Shown here piece by piece: positions 20,189 through 34,041 of a stretch of 64,000 nucleotides of DNA (positions within the stretch are counted from its first letter, which is position 1; each line of letters starts with the position of its first letter). Location: assembly GCA_965248575.1 (NCBI GenBank), contig CBDFJQ010000002.1:3136001-3200000 (forward strand), in the 5' to 3' direction. The position numbers and the translations under genes are program-made. The notes beneath the pieces were generated by a model. The model did not search any database, was not told where the DNA came from, and saw only the letters and a program-made list of their open reading frames with translations. Origin of the DNA: Planctomycetota bacterium (lineage in GTDB: Bacteria > Planctomycetota > B15-G4).

Positions 20189-22194
20189 TGACTCCTGAAC
20201 AGGAACACGAACCCGCTCCTGCTCCCGCTGCCCCAAAGGCAACGAGCAAGAAGCCCGGCAGCGCACCTGCGAAGTCCACGGGCAGACTCGGAACGGCTGT
20301 GGTCATGCTGGTGCTCGGCCTCGCCGTCGGCCGCTTCGCATGCACGCCCGATGCCCAGCCCAGTGCACACGGCACCCATGGTGAGGGAACCGCCACGGCC
20401 GCAGCCCAGGCAGAGGTCTGGACCTGCTCGATGCATCCGCAGATCCGCATGCCTGAGCCAGGCCAGTGCCCCATTTGCTCCATGGACCTGATTCTGGTCC
20501 AGACCTCCGACGACGAGGGCCTCAATCCCAGCATGCTGCGGATGAGCGACAACGCGATGGCACTCGCCGAGATCCAGACGCAGGCCGTTGAGCGGCGCAC
20601 CGTCAACCGCGAGATCCGCATGGTCGGCCGCGTGGCCATCGACGAGACATTGCTCTCCTACATCACCGCCTGGGTGCCATCGCGTCTCGACCGTTTGTTC
20701 GTGGACTACACCGGCGTGAACGTGCGTGCCGGCGACCACATGGTCGAGGTCTACAGTCCCAACCTGATCGCCACGCAGCAAGAGCTCTTGCAAGCCGTCA
20801 AGACGCAGGAGCTGCTCAAGGACTCACCTGTGGATGTCCTCCGTAGTCGACAGAGCGAGTCGGTGAACTCCGCGAAGGAAAGGCTGCGTCTCTGGGGTCT
20901 GAGCCCTTCACAGATCAGCGACATCATCGAACGCGGCGAGCCGCTCGAACACGTCACGATCAACTCGCCTGCGAGCGGAGTCGTGATCCACAAGAACGCG
21001 CTCCAGGGTGACTACGTCGAAACGGGAACGCGCATTTACACCATCGCAGACTTGTCCCGGGTCTGGGTGACGCTGGAGGCCTACGAATCCGACCTCGCCT
21101 GGTTGCACTACGGCCAGCAGGTGGACCTGGTTTCGGAGGCCTGGCCCGGCGAGAGCTTCTCGGGTCGGATCAACTTCATCAATCCGGTGCTGAACAACAA
21201 GACGCGCACCATCAAGGTCCGGCTCAACGTCGACAACTCCGACGGACGGTTGAAGCCAGACATGTTCATGCGCGCCACGGTCAATGCGCCCATGAGCAGC
21301 TCGGGCACCATGCTCGACTCGGAGCTGGCCGACATGTGGATGTGCCCCATGCACCCGGAGATCATTCAACAGTCTGCAGGCCAGTGTTCCATCTGCGGCA
21401 TGGATCTGGCCCCCACCGGCGAGCTCGGCTTCGGCCAGGGGGAGGAAACAGATCTGCCGCTCGTCATCCCGGCCACGGCACCACTGGTCACCGGCAGGCG
21501 AGCCGTCGTGTACGTGCGCGACCCAGATGCCGAGACGCCCAGCTTCGAAGGCCGTGAGATCGAGCTCGGTCCGAGAGCAGGTGACTGGTATGTGGTCTCG
21601 GAGGGGCTCAAGGAAGGCGAGCTGGTGGTGGTGCAAGGCGCCTTCAAGCTGGACAGCGAGCTCCAGATTCGCGCCAAGCCCAGCATGATGAGCCCCGAGG
21701 GTGGCGTCCCCGCGCCCGGGCACCAGCACGACGTGCCCGAGGTCTTTCGCGTGCAGCTGGGTGCCGCACTCCCCGCGTATCTCAGCGTGCAGGAGGCGCT
21801 GGCGGCCGATGACTCCGTCACGGTGGCCGCAGCCAGCGCGACCTTCTTGAGAGCCCTCGGCGCGATCGACATGGCCGCTCTCACGGGCTCGACCCATCTC
21901 GCTTGGATGAGCGACTCCGCGCCACTGCTGAAGGCCGCGGGGCGGCTGGCCAAGGCTTCCGACATCGAAGCCCAGAGACTAGCCCTGCGCGACGTCACGG
22001 CGCCCTTCCTGCGCGCCTTGGAGAGCTACGGCTATTCCGCAGACAGCGAACCTGTCGCCGTCTTCCATTGTCCCATGGCCTTCGGCGATGGCGCCGACTG
22101 GATCCAGGCCGGTGAACAAACCTCCAACCCGTACTACGGCACCTCGATGCTGAGCTGCGGCGATCGGATTCGTCCGGTTTCGAAGGAGCGCTGA
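20185..22194 (+). CDS. cusB: RND periplasmic adaptor (CusB-like) with two heavy-metal-binding domains and a DUF3347-like C-terminus
   Basis: WTCSMHPQI..CPICSMDL, MCPMHPEI..CSICGMDL, IADLSRVW, HCPMAF..NPYYG..CG; ATGA overlap. Confidence 0.88.
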   Translation: MMTPEQEHEPAPAPAAPKATSKKPGSAPAKSTGRLGTAVVMLVLGLAVGRFACTPDAQPSAHGTHGEGTATAAAQAEVWTCSMHPQIRMPEPGQCPICSMDLILVQTSDDEGLNPSMLRMSDNAMALAEIQTQAVERRTVNREIRMVGRVAIDETLLSYITAWVPSRLDRLFVDYTGVNVRAGDHMVEVYSPNLIATQQELLQAVKTQELLKDSPVDVLRSRQSESVNSAKERLRLWGLSPSQISDIIERGEPLEHVTINSPASGVVIHKNALQGDYVETGTRIYTIADLSRVWVTLEAYESDLAWLHYGQQVDLVSEAWPGESFSGRINFINPVLNNKTRTIKVRLNVDNSDGRLKPDMFMRATVNAPMSSSGTMLDSELADMWMCPMHPEIIQQSAGQCSICGMDLAPTGELGFGQGEETDLPLVIPATAPLVTGRRAVVYVRDPDAETPSFEGREIELGPRAGDWYVVSEGLKEGELVVVQGAFKLDSELQIRAKPSMMSPEGGVPAPGHQHDVPEVFRVQLGAALPAYLSVQEALAADDSVTVAAASATFLRALGAIDMAALTGSTHLAWMSDSAPLLKAAGRLAKASDIEAQRLALRDVTAPFLRALESYGYSADSEPVAVFHCPMAFGDGADWIQAGEQTSNPYYGTSMLSCGDRIRPVSKER

Positions 22195-22197
22195 CCG

Positions 22198-25875
<3,678 letters not shown>

Positions 25876-26121
25876 CTTGTGAAGCGTGTTGGCGGTGAGC
25901 CACCTGAGAAATTCCGGGAGCCGTAGCCCCTCGACCGAGTCGTGACGCTTCCAGGGCGGTTCTGGTGGGACAGCCCTCGAGGCTCGACTACACCCGTAGT
26001 TCAGCGTAGGGTCGGGCCGCCCGCTAGGGGGTCTAAGCTGGTGCCCAGCGGGCCGGTTTCCCCCTCTTGAGACGGGCAGGCCGGACGAACAGCAGACGAA
26101 GAACAGCAATTGGAGCGAGGC

Positions 26122-29100
26122 GTGCATCGGTTCCTGAATTTGGCGGCGGCCCTGCTGCTGCCCCTGGCTGGTTTTGCGGGCCCTTCCCCCGACGAGGCCG
26201 ACGACCTGGTCCAGTACATCGACGGGCTCCACGAGCGCGGCCTGCACGACATGGTGGCCCGGGAGGCTGATGACTTCCTGGACGAACACCCCCGCCACGC
26301 CCAGGTGAACCGGGTGCGCTACCGCCTCGGCAACGCCCTCTTCGAGCTGGGCCGCCAGGACGACGCCCTGCCCCACTTCCGTCGCCTGGCCCAATCCGGC
26401 GGCTTCGACTACCGCGCCGAGTGCGCCCTGCGCTTGGGCCAGTGCGCCCTGGAGCTCGACGATTTGGACGAAGCAGCCCAGGCCTTCGAGCTGACCCGCT
26501 CCCTGGACGCTGACTACCTGCACGTGCCCGCCACCTACCTGCTGGCCGAAGTCCACTTCCGGGCCGGGCGCTATGGCGAGGCCGAGCCCCTCTTCGACGA
26601 CGTCCTGCGCAAGGACAGCGATGGCGACTACAGCCAGGATGCCCGCTCGTCCCTGGCCTGGTGCGCCTTCCGCCTAGGCAAGCACGACCTCGCCGTGCAA
26701 CGGGCGCAACAGCTGCTCGACCGCCGGCCGCCCCAGGAACTCGCCCAGGAGATGCAGTTCGTGCAAGGCGAGGCCCATCTGGAAGCGGGTCGTTCAAACG
26801 AGGCCCGCGCGGCGTACCGCAAGGTCCAGGGCGGGGCCTTTGCTGACGCCGCCCTCCGAGGCCTTGGTTTCGCAGAGTCTGCCCGAGGCGACAACGCCGC
26901 GGCGGCCCAGGCTTTCCAACGCGTGGTCAACGAGCATTCGGGCAGCCGCTTTGCCAAGGAGTCGCGCCTGCAGTCGGGCATCCACCTGCTGCAAGCCGGC
27001 GACGCCGAGGGCGCGGCCCAGACGCTGGCCCATCGCGACCTGGGGACGGACCCGGAGACCCTCTATTGGCGCGCCCGGGCAAATGCTGCCCTGGGCAGGC
27101 ATCAAGATGCCTTGCAGCAACTCGACCGCGCTCTCTCGGGTCGGCCCGACGAAGAACTTGCGCCCCACATCCACACCGCCAGGGGCGACGCCCTCACGGC
27201 CCTCGGTCAGGGCAAGATCGCGGCCGCGGCCTACGAACGGGCAGGCAGCCTGGCCGCCCTGCACGCCGCGGCGGTGACGCGCCTCAACGCTGGCGACGCA
27301 CGCGACGCCCTGCGCCTCGTCACACCCCTGCTCGAGCGTGAGGACGCCGACGCCTCCGTCGCCCTGACCCACGCCGAAGCCCTCTTCGCCCTCAAGCGCT
27401 ACACCGAGGCGCGCGTGTCGTTCCAAAAGGCGCGCGCCACCGACGACAAGGATCTGCGACGCCGGGTCGACGCCCGCCTCGCCTGGTGCGCCTACCTCGC
27501 GGACGAGCACGGGGAGGCCGCTCGGGCCTTCGACGCCCTCGCCAGGTCCGCACCCGGCACCGCCGAAGGCATCGAAGCCCTGTTCATGGCGGGCCGCAGC
27601 CACCGCATCAACGGTGTGGACGACTCGGCCGTGCGCAGCTGGAAGGCCTATGTAGCTCTCACGCCCCACGCGGCGCGGCGCGACGAGGCCCTCATGGGCC
27701 TTGCCGAGCTCAGCGCGCCGGCGACCCAACGCACATGGCTCGACAAGCTTGCAGCAGACCACCCCCACAGCCCGCACGTCCCGGGCGCGCTCTTTGCTCT
27801 CGCCGAAGCCGACTCCCAAGGCGGAAAGTTGGCCGCTGCCGAGAAGCGCTACGCCGAGTTGGTCGCCAAGCATCCCGAACACGAGAGCGCCCCCTCGGCA
27901 CGCTACGGCCTGGCGTTTTGCCTTGTGGAGCGCGGCGCCGTGAACGAGGCCGCAGAGGCCCTGCAACCGCTCACCACCAAGCCCCGCTCCAACTCTGCTC
28001 GCAACGCCTCGCGCGCGCAGAGCGTGGACCCCGCGCTGCGTCTGGCAGCCCTCGAGTTACTCGTGTGGTGTCGCCATGAACAGGGCGATCCGCAGGGCGC
28101 CGAGGCGGCCTGGCGACAGCTCGCAGCGGAAGGTGTGGACGGCGAGCGCCTGGCCAGTGCTGCCCGCATGGTGGCAGGAGCTTGGCGCAGCGCTGACCGA
28201 CCTGACCGCGCCCTCGACATCCTCGACCAAGTGGGCACGCGCCCCGGCGCCGGCCCCGAAGCCTTGGTGGAGGGCGCCTGGATCGCGCTCGACGAAGGCC
28301 AGCCCGACGTCGCCGCCGAACGCCTAGACCTGGCGCTGGGGCAGGACGCGAACAGCGCTGCCGTGGCCGAGGCCTGCTTCTTCCTGGCCGAGGCCTTCTT
28401 CGCCAAGGGCGACGACGCCCGCGCCACGCCCTACTACCGCGCCGCCGCTGCCGCCGAAGGCAGCACCCTGGCGGACGAGGCCCTCTACAAGCAGGGCTTC
28501 GCGCACCTGCGCAGCGCAGAACCCCAGCCCGCCGCTGCCTGCTTCGGCGCCTTGGTGAAGCGCTTCCCCAAGAGCGAGCTGGTAGGCGAGTCGCTCTTCC
28601 TGGAGGGCGAAGCCTGGTACCGCATGGAGCGCTACGCTGAAGCGGTGCAGCCCCTCCAACGCCTGGTGCAGGAGCACCCGCGCCATCAGGTGTTGCCCAA
28701 GGCGCGCTTCCGCCTCGGCCTGGCCCTCGCTCAGTCGGGGCGTTGCGCCGAAGCCGAAGGCGTGTTGGCCCGCCTCGCGCAACAGTCCCCAGATTTCCCC
28801 AACATCGCCGAGGCCGAACTCTGGCGCGGTCGTTGCCTCGCGGAACAGCTGCAAGAACGCGCCGCCCTCTCCGCCTTCCAGCGCGTGATCGAACTCGACA
28901 AGGGTCTGCTCGCTGCCCAGGCGCGCCTGGGTCTCGGCCACATGCAGCTGAATGCTGGCGACACCGAGGACGCCCTGTCCGAGTTCCTCAAGGTGGCCCT
29001 GCTCTACAGCCATAGCGAAGAGGTCGCAGAAGCGCTGTTCATGGCCGGCCAGTGCCTCGAGGAAATGGGCCAGCCCGACACCGCCGCCGAGCGCTACCGC

Positions 29101-29169
29101 GAGTTGCTCGCCAGCCACCCCGACACGGCCTTCGCGCCCCGCGCCCGCAGCCGCCTCTCAGCCCTCTAG
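26122..29169 (+). CDS. Secreted tetratricopeptide repeat protein (CpoB/BamD-like repeats)
   Basis: Signal peptide; many TPR pairs ending HP.S/FP.S; GTG start after GGAG. Confidence 0.88.
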   Translation: MHRFLNLAAALLLPLAGFAGPSPDEADDLVQYIDGLHERGLHDMVAREADDFLDEHPRHAQVNRVRYRLGNALFELGRQDDALPHFRRLAQSGGFDYRAECALRLGQCALELDDLDEAAQAFELTRSLDADYLHVPATYLLAEVHFRAGRYGEAEPLFDDVLRKDSDGDYSQDARSSLAWCAFRLGKHDLAVQRAQQLLDRRPPQELAQEMQFVQGEAHLEAGRSNEARAAYRKVQGGAFADAALRGLGFAESARGDNAAAAQAFQRVVNEHSGSRFAKESRLQSGIHLLQAGDAEGAAQTLAHRDLGTDPETLYWRARANAALGRHQDALQQLDRALSGRPDEELAPHIHTARGDALTALGQGKIAAAAYERAGSLAALHAAAVTRLNAGDARDALRLVTPLLEREDADASVALTHAEALFALKRYTEARVSFQKARATDDKDLRRRVDARLAWCAYLADEHGEAARAFDALARSAPGTAEGIEALFMAGRSHRINGVDDSAVRSWKAYVALTPHAARRDEALMGLAELSAPATQRTWLDKLAADHPHSPHVPGALFALAEADSQGGKLAAAEKRYAELVAKHPEHESAPSARYGLAFCLVERGAVNEAAEALQPLTTKPRSNSARNASRAQSVDPALRLAALELLVWCRHEQGDPQGAEAAWRQLAAEGVDGERLASAARMVAGAWRSADRPDRALDILDQVGTRPGAGPEALVEGAWIALDEGQPDVAAERLDLALGQDANSAAVAEACFFLAEAFFAKGDDARATPYYRAAAAAEGSTLADEALYKQGFAHLRSAEPQPAAACFGALVKRFPKSELVGESLFLEGEAWYRMERYAEAVQPLQRLVQEHPRHQVLPKARFRLGLALAQSGRCAEAEGVLARLAQQSPDFPNIAEAELWRGRCLAEQLQERAALSAFQRVIELDKGLLAAQARLGLGHMQLNAGDTEDALSEFLKVALLYSHSEEVAEALFMAGQCLEEMGQPDTAAERYRELLASHPDTAFAPRARSRLSAL

Positions 29170-29195
29170 ACCCCAGCAGACGAGACTCCGACACG

Positions 29196-29852
29196 ATGCA
29201 AACCGAAGCGACACCACAGCTCACCAACCTGTTCGACATGCTGATGGCCGGCGGCGGCTTGATGATCCCCATCGGCGTGTGCTCCGTCATCGCCCTGGGC
29301 TTCATCGTCGAGCGCTCCATCCGTCTGCGCGGCCCGCGCCTCGGCACCAGCAGCTTCGACAAGCAATTGCGGGAGACGGTGGCCAGCAGCGGGCCCGATG
29401 CCGGCCTTAGCCTGTGCGCCGAGAACAACACCTCCGCAGCGCGCGTGATGGCCGCGGGCCTCAAGCGCGCCAGCGCCCCCTGGGTCGAGCGCGAGAAGGC
29501 CGTCGAAGACGCGGGCGCCCGGGAGTACGACCGCCTCTGCGCCAACCTCAAGCCGCTGGTGGTGATCGCCATGATCACGCCTCTGCTGGGCCTGCTCGGC
29601 ACCGTCTGGGGCATGATCGACGCCTTCGCGAACATCTCTGCGGGCGACGGCCTGGGCAACCCCGAGTCCCTCGCGGCCGGTATCAGTACGGCGCTGGTCA
29701 CCACCGCCGCCGGCCTGGCCGTGGCCATCCCCACCCAGGCAGCCTACTTCTACTACCGCGGCCGGGTCGACCGCTTCGTCCGCCGCACGGAGGACCTCTA
29801 CCAGGATCTCTCCGACCTGCTGACACCGTCTGCTGAGCGCGCGCAGGCATGA
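29196..29852 (+). CDS. exbB: MotA/TolQ/ExbB proton channel protein
   Basis: TPLLGLLGTVWGMIDAF, AGISTALVTTAAGLAVAIP. Confidence 0.92.
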   Translation: MQTEATPQLTNLFDMLMAGGGLMIPIGVCSVIALGFIVERSIRLRGPRLGTSSFDKQLRETVASSGPDAGLSLCAENNTSAARVMAAGLKRASAPWVEREKAVEDAGAREYDRLCANLKPLVVIAMITPLLGLLGTVWGMIDAFANISAGDGLGNPESLAAGISTALVTTAAGLAVAIPTQAAYFYYRGRVDRFVRRTEDLYQDLSDLLTPSAERAQA

Positions 29853-30259
29853 AAATCCGCAAGCGCGATGACGACGAGCCGGTGCTGAACCTCACGCCCA
29901 TGATCGACGTGGTGTTCCAGCTGCTCATCTTCTTCATGGTCGCCACCACCTTCCTGGACCCGGAGAAGGAGATCGGCATCGAGTTGCCGGAGGCGGCTTC
30001 GGGCGTCGCGGCGGAAGAGGACAAGCAAGAACTCGTCATCAACATCTTCGCGGACGGGCGCATCGTGCTCTCGGGTCGCGAGATCGAGGCGGACGACCTG
30101 CTCAGCGAACTGCGCGCCGCCGCCCAGGCGGACTCCAAGCGACCCGTGACCATTCGCGGTGACCGCCTCGTGCACCACGAACGGGTGGTCTACGTCATGG
30201 ACGCCTGCGGTCAGGCGGGCCTGTTGAACCTGGCTGTCGGCACCATGGAAGGCAGCTAA
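29849..30259 (+). CDS. exbD: ExbD/TolR family protein
   Basis: LNLTPMIDVVFQLLIFFM with the conserved Asp; VTIRGD; ATGA overlap. Confidence 0.92.
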   Translation: MKIRKRDDDEPVLNLTPMIDVVFQLLIFFMVATTFLDPEKEIGIELPEAASGVAAEEDKQELVINIFADGRIVLSGREIEADDLLSELRAAAQADSKRPVTIRGDRLVHHERVVYVMDACGQAGLLNLAVGTMEGS

Positions 30260-30261
30260 CC

Positions 30262-33200
30262 ATGCGCATCCCCCCCAACTTTGGTCGCAGCGCCGTGATC
30301 GTCGTGGCGCTCCTGGCGGCGGGGTTCTTTGCGGCCTACCTGCGCTTCGCCCCCTACCTCAGCGGCGGCAACAGCTACACCGACGGGCGCTCGGAGCAAG
30401 CCCTCTCGGACGTGGACAGCCTGCGCTTCGCGGTCTGGGACAGCCCCGAGCTGCTGCCCGGCGACATCAACACCGAGGGCAGCGAGGGCCGGGCCACCAC
30501 CACGCCCGACGGCCGCTACCTGGTCTTCACCGTGGGCGACGAAGGCCTCAACGCCAACCTCTGGCGCGCCGAGTTGGTGGACGGCGAGCCCGTGCGCCCG
30601 CGCCCCCTCACGCGCCTCAACACCTCGGCCGACGAGCTGGCTCCGGCCATGTCCGGCGACGCCTTGTACTTCGCGTCCAATCGTTCGGGCGGCGAGGGCG
30701 GCTTCGACCTCTACAAGTCGCTCTACACCAACGGCGTCTTCGGCCCCGTGCTGCGCCTGGACGAGGGCCTCAACACCCGGGCAGACGAGACGGACCCGGC
30801 CCCCGTGCCCGGGATGGGCTCGGGATTCGCTGCTGGTGACCAGGCCCTGACCTTCGCCAGCAACCGGCGCCGGGGCCAACGCACGGACTACGACCTCTAC
30901 ACCGCGACACCGGCCAGCAGCCTGTCCACGCGCGTGGCGGAGGCTCCCGCCCCCGAGAGCGGCTGGCTCGTGGAGACATTCGACGTCCTCAACACGCCCT
31001 TCGATGAGCGCGACCCGGTCTACACCACCCACGGGCGGGGCCTGCTCTACGCCTCGAACCGCAGCGACGGCGCCGGGGACTTCGACCTCTGGCGCAGTGT
31101 GCAGAACCTCGACGCCTGGCAACCGCCGGAAAGCGTGCCGGGCCTCAACACCACCGGCGTCGAGCGGGCACCGCTGCCGTCCGCGGACGGCTTCAGCCTC
31201 ATGTTCGTGGGCGCCCCGACTGCCGACGGATCCTCCGACCTCTACCGCGCGCGTTCGCTCGAGTTGTTCCGACTTCCCGGGCGCCCCATCGGCTGGCTCG
31301 ACCTCACCATCCTGGGCCTGCTGTTGCTGCTCGCCCTGCTGGCCTGGCTCGGCAAGCGCTGGGAAACCCTCGACGTCCTCTACAAGTGCCTGCTCGTGTC
31401 GCTGCTCGTTCACGCCGGCATGATGCTCTGGTTCCGGGAAGTTCTCGTGGAGCCTGAGGACGTGGAGCTGGGCACGCCCTCGCCCTCCTTCAAGGTGCGC
31501 ATGGCGCCCAGCCGCGAGTCGCTCTCGCGCTCCAAGGAACGAGCGGGCGAGGTGGAAGTGAGCCGCGGGGCCATCGCTGAAGCCGCCGCGCCAGGCAAGC
31601 AGGCCATGCAGGTAGCGGAGTCCGACCCGCAACTGGCCGAAGCCGCCGACCGGACCGCCGCCGCACGCAGCGAAGACCTCGCCCAGCCCGAGCTGGCCGC
31701 AGCCGACGCCCCGTCTCGCGCCAGCGCGGAGTTCGTGCGCTCGGAGCAGAGCGAGAGTCGCGCCACTGACTCCGCCGTTTCCGTCGCCCAGCCCCAGGCC
31801 TCCGAAGCGCGTCACTCGGCAGAGGCCCCTTCGCTGGCCGTGAACGCGCGCGCCGTGAGCAGTCCGCCGGCGGAGCCCTCATCCTTGACTGCCGCCGCAC
31901 GCCCGGCACGCGAAGCGACAGCCAGCGCTGCACCCGCCAGCGCCACCCAACAGACAGCGGCCGGCCCGACTCACGTGTCCTTGGGCCTGCCCTCCACGGT
32001 GAGCGCCGTGCCCACACCGGGCCGGCGACAGGTGGCCGTGCGCCCAGAGCGACGCCCCGCGACCGATGGCGGTGCTGCCCTGGAACTGTCGGGGCCCGCA
32101 GCCCTGCCCAGCGCAGCCGAATCGGGCGCGTCCACCGAGCTCGGCGCCCCACCCTCGCTCGAACTCACGGCCGTCAACACCAGCTCGTCGGCAGCGGATG
32201 GGAGCGCCCGGCCCTCGCCCACGGCCCCCGCGCGCCCCAGCAGGATCAGCACGCAAGGAACGGACAGCGACGGCGCCGACTCCTTGAGCGCACAGAGCCC
32301 CGGCAGTTCGCCGCTGGCTGATGCGGGCGAGGATCGACCGAGCAATGCCAACAGCCTGCTCACTGAGGGGCTGGTGGGATCGGCCGCCTCCCGCTCGACT
32401 CCGCAGACGCGTCGCCAGGCAAGCGGAGTGCAACCGCCCACCCGACGCACTCCCACCGAGGTCGCCCTGAGTCGGGGTAGTTTCGACAGTGGCGGACAGG
32501 CCGCCTCGACCTTTGCCAACCTGGCGCCCGACGGGGCCAGTCTCTCGGTCGCGGACCTCGCGTCCCGTGCTGCGGCGGAAGCCTCGGCCCTCGCCGCCGC
32601 CCAGGCCGAGACGGACGCGCTGCTGTTGGAAGGCCTGGCAAGTTCTACGCCCAGTTCATCGAGCCGCAGCCGCGGCAGCTCGAGCCCGTCAAGCCCAGGG
32701 CGCCCGCAACGCTTCGCCGCGCGGGACACCGACGCCAGCAGCGCCACGACCTCAGCCCTCTCAACACCCGACGCGCCCGCCTTCGTGCCGCTCGTGGTGG
32801 CCGCCCCCGCGCCCACCAAGCTGCCCGAGCGGGACGCCCAGCAGTGGGACAACACGCCGTACCGCACGCGTTTCGGCGAAGCCAAGCTGGAAGCCATCGA
32901 GGAGTTCGGCGGCAACGAAGAGACGGAGGCTGCGGTGGCCGCCGGCCTCGCCTACCTCGCCAAACTCCAGTCGCCCAAGGGCCAGTGGGGCAGCACCGAC
33001 GACTACGACGACAAGTACGGTCACGTGGCGGTGGGCAAGACCGCCCTCTGCATGCTCGCCTTCCTGGGCGCCGGCCACACCCCCGAGTCACGCACCCAGT
33101 ATTCGCACGTCACCGAACGCGCCGTGGACTTCCTGCTCGGCACGCAAGAAGCGGACTCCGGCCACTTCGGGTACAGCACCTCCTACTCGCACGGCATCAC

Positions 33201-33969
33201 CACCTACGCCCTGGCCGAGACCTACGCCCTCACCAAGGATTCGCGCCTGCGTCGGCCCCTGCAGCGGGCAGTGGCCTGGATCCTCGAGAACCAGAGCCAT
33301 GTGCGCGACTCGCGCATGTTCGGTGGCTGGGCCTACTACTACCCGGACGGCCACACCTACGACCGCTGGCCGCGCACCTCCATTACCGCCTGGCAGGTCA
33401 TGGCCCTGGAGTCCGCGCGCCTGGGTGGGCTGACGGTGCCCGACAAAGCCTTCGAGGACGCCGCCTCTTTCTTGCGCGCCGCCCACCGCCGGGACCGGGG
33501 CGTGCTGCTCTACAACCACGACCCGGACCGCCTGCGCTCGACCTACTGGACCCTGCCGGGCTCCACCCCTGCGGGGCTGTTCGCCCTCTCACTGCTGGGC
33601 GAGAACATCGAGAGCAGCACCTACAGCAGCGTCAACGAATGGATCCTCGAACGGGCGCCCAACGGTTACCGCAACCGCGGCCAAGACTCCTTCGTGCACC
33701 AGGCCACGGGCAACCTCTACTTCTGGTACTACGGCACGCTCGCGCTCTTCCGCCAAGGTGGCACCGCCTGGGACGCCTGGAACCGCCGCCTGCAAGACAC
33801 CCTGCTGCCGTCGCAGGAGCGGGACGGTTCGTGGACACCCATCTCCACCTACGCCGACTACGCCGGGGACGACCGCAACGACCGGGCGTACACAACGGCC
33901 ATGTGTGTGTTGACGCTGGAGATCTACTACCGGTACTTCACACCGCTGTTGAAGGTGGAGCCGAAGTAG
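30262..33969 (+). CDS. Multidomain membrane protein: PD40 propeller, 2 TM (SxxxH), long Ala/Ser/Pro linker, prenyltransferase/squalene-cyclase-like toroid
   Basis: Five NT..E..P...FASNR...DLY-type repeats; VSLLVHAG; QW-like motifs LQSPKGQW, TQEADSGHF, SQERDGSW. Confidence 0.85.
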   Translation: MRIPPNFGRSAVIVVALLAAGFFAAYLRFAPYLSGGNSYTDGRSEQALSDVDSLRFAVWDSPELLPGDINTEGSEGRATTTPDGRYLVFTVGDEGLNANLWRAELVDGEPVRPRPLTRLNTSADELAPAMSGDALYFASNRSGGEGGFDLYKSLYTNGVFGPVLRLDEGLNTRADETDPAPVPGMGSGFAAGDQALTFASNRRRGQRTDYDLYTATPASSLSTRVAEAPAPESGWLVETFDVLNTPFDERDPVYTTHGRGLLYASNRSDGAGDFDLWRSVQNLDAWQPPESVPGLNTTGVERAPLPSADGFSLMFVGAPTADGSSDLYRARSLELFRLPGRPIGWLDLTILGLLLLLALLAWLGKRWETLDVLYKCLLVSLLVHAGMMLWFREVLVEPEDVELGTPSPSFKVRMAPSRESLSRSKERAGEVEVSRGAIAEAAAPGKQAMQVAESDPQLAEAADRTAAARSEDLAQPELAAADAPSRASAEFVRSEQSESRATDSAVSVAQPQASEARHSAEAPSLAVNARAVSSPPAEPSSLTAAARPAREATASAAPASATQQTAAGPTHVSLGLPSTVSAVPTPGRRQVAVRPERRPATDGGAALELSGPAALPSAAESGASTELGAPPSLELTAVNTSSSAADGSARPSPTAPARPSRISTQGTDSDGADSLSAQSPGSSPLADAGEDRPSNANSLLTEGLVGSAASRSTPQTRRQASGVQPPTRRTPTEVALSRGSFDSGGQAASTFANLAPDGASLSVADLASRAAAEASALAAAQAETDALLLEGLASSTPSSSSRSRGSSSPSSPGRPQRFAARDTDASSATTSALSTPDAPAFVPLVVAAPAPTKLPERDAQQWDNTPYRTRFGEAKLEAIEEFGGNEETEAAVAAGLAYLAKLQSPKGQWGSTDDYDDKYGHVAVGKTALCMLAFLGAGHTPESRTQYSHVTERAVDFLLGTQEADSGHFGYSTSYSHGITTYALAETYALTKDSRLRRPLQRAVAWILENQSHVRDSRMFGGWAYYYPDGHTYDRWPRTSITAWQVMALESARLGGLTVPDKAFEDAASFLRAAHRRDRGVLLYNHDPDRLRSTYWTLPGSTPAGLFALSLLGENIESSTYSSVNEWILERAPNGYRNRGQDSFVHQATGNLYFWYYGTLALFRQGGTAWDAWNRRLQDTLLPSQERDGSWTPISTYADYAGDDRNDRAYTTAMCVLTLEIYYRYFTPLLKVEPK

Positions 33970-34041
33970 GGCGGGGGGCGAAGGCGTTTCAGTCCGCGGC
34001 GGAAGGTGGACATGCGGCAAGCCGGCCCAACCACAGCGCAT

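Noticed and set aside
32845..33969. Squalene-hopene cyclase call
   Set aside because: Only a single toroid, no DXDD at the catalytic position, and predicted extracytoplasmic
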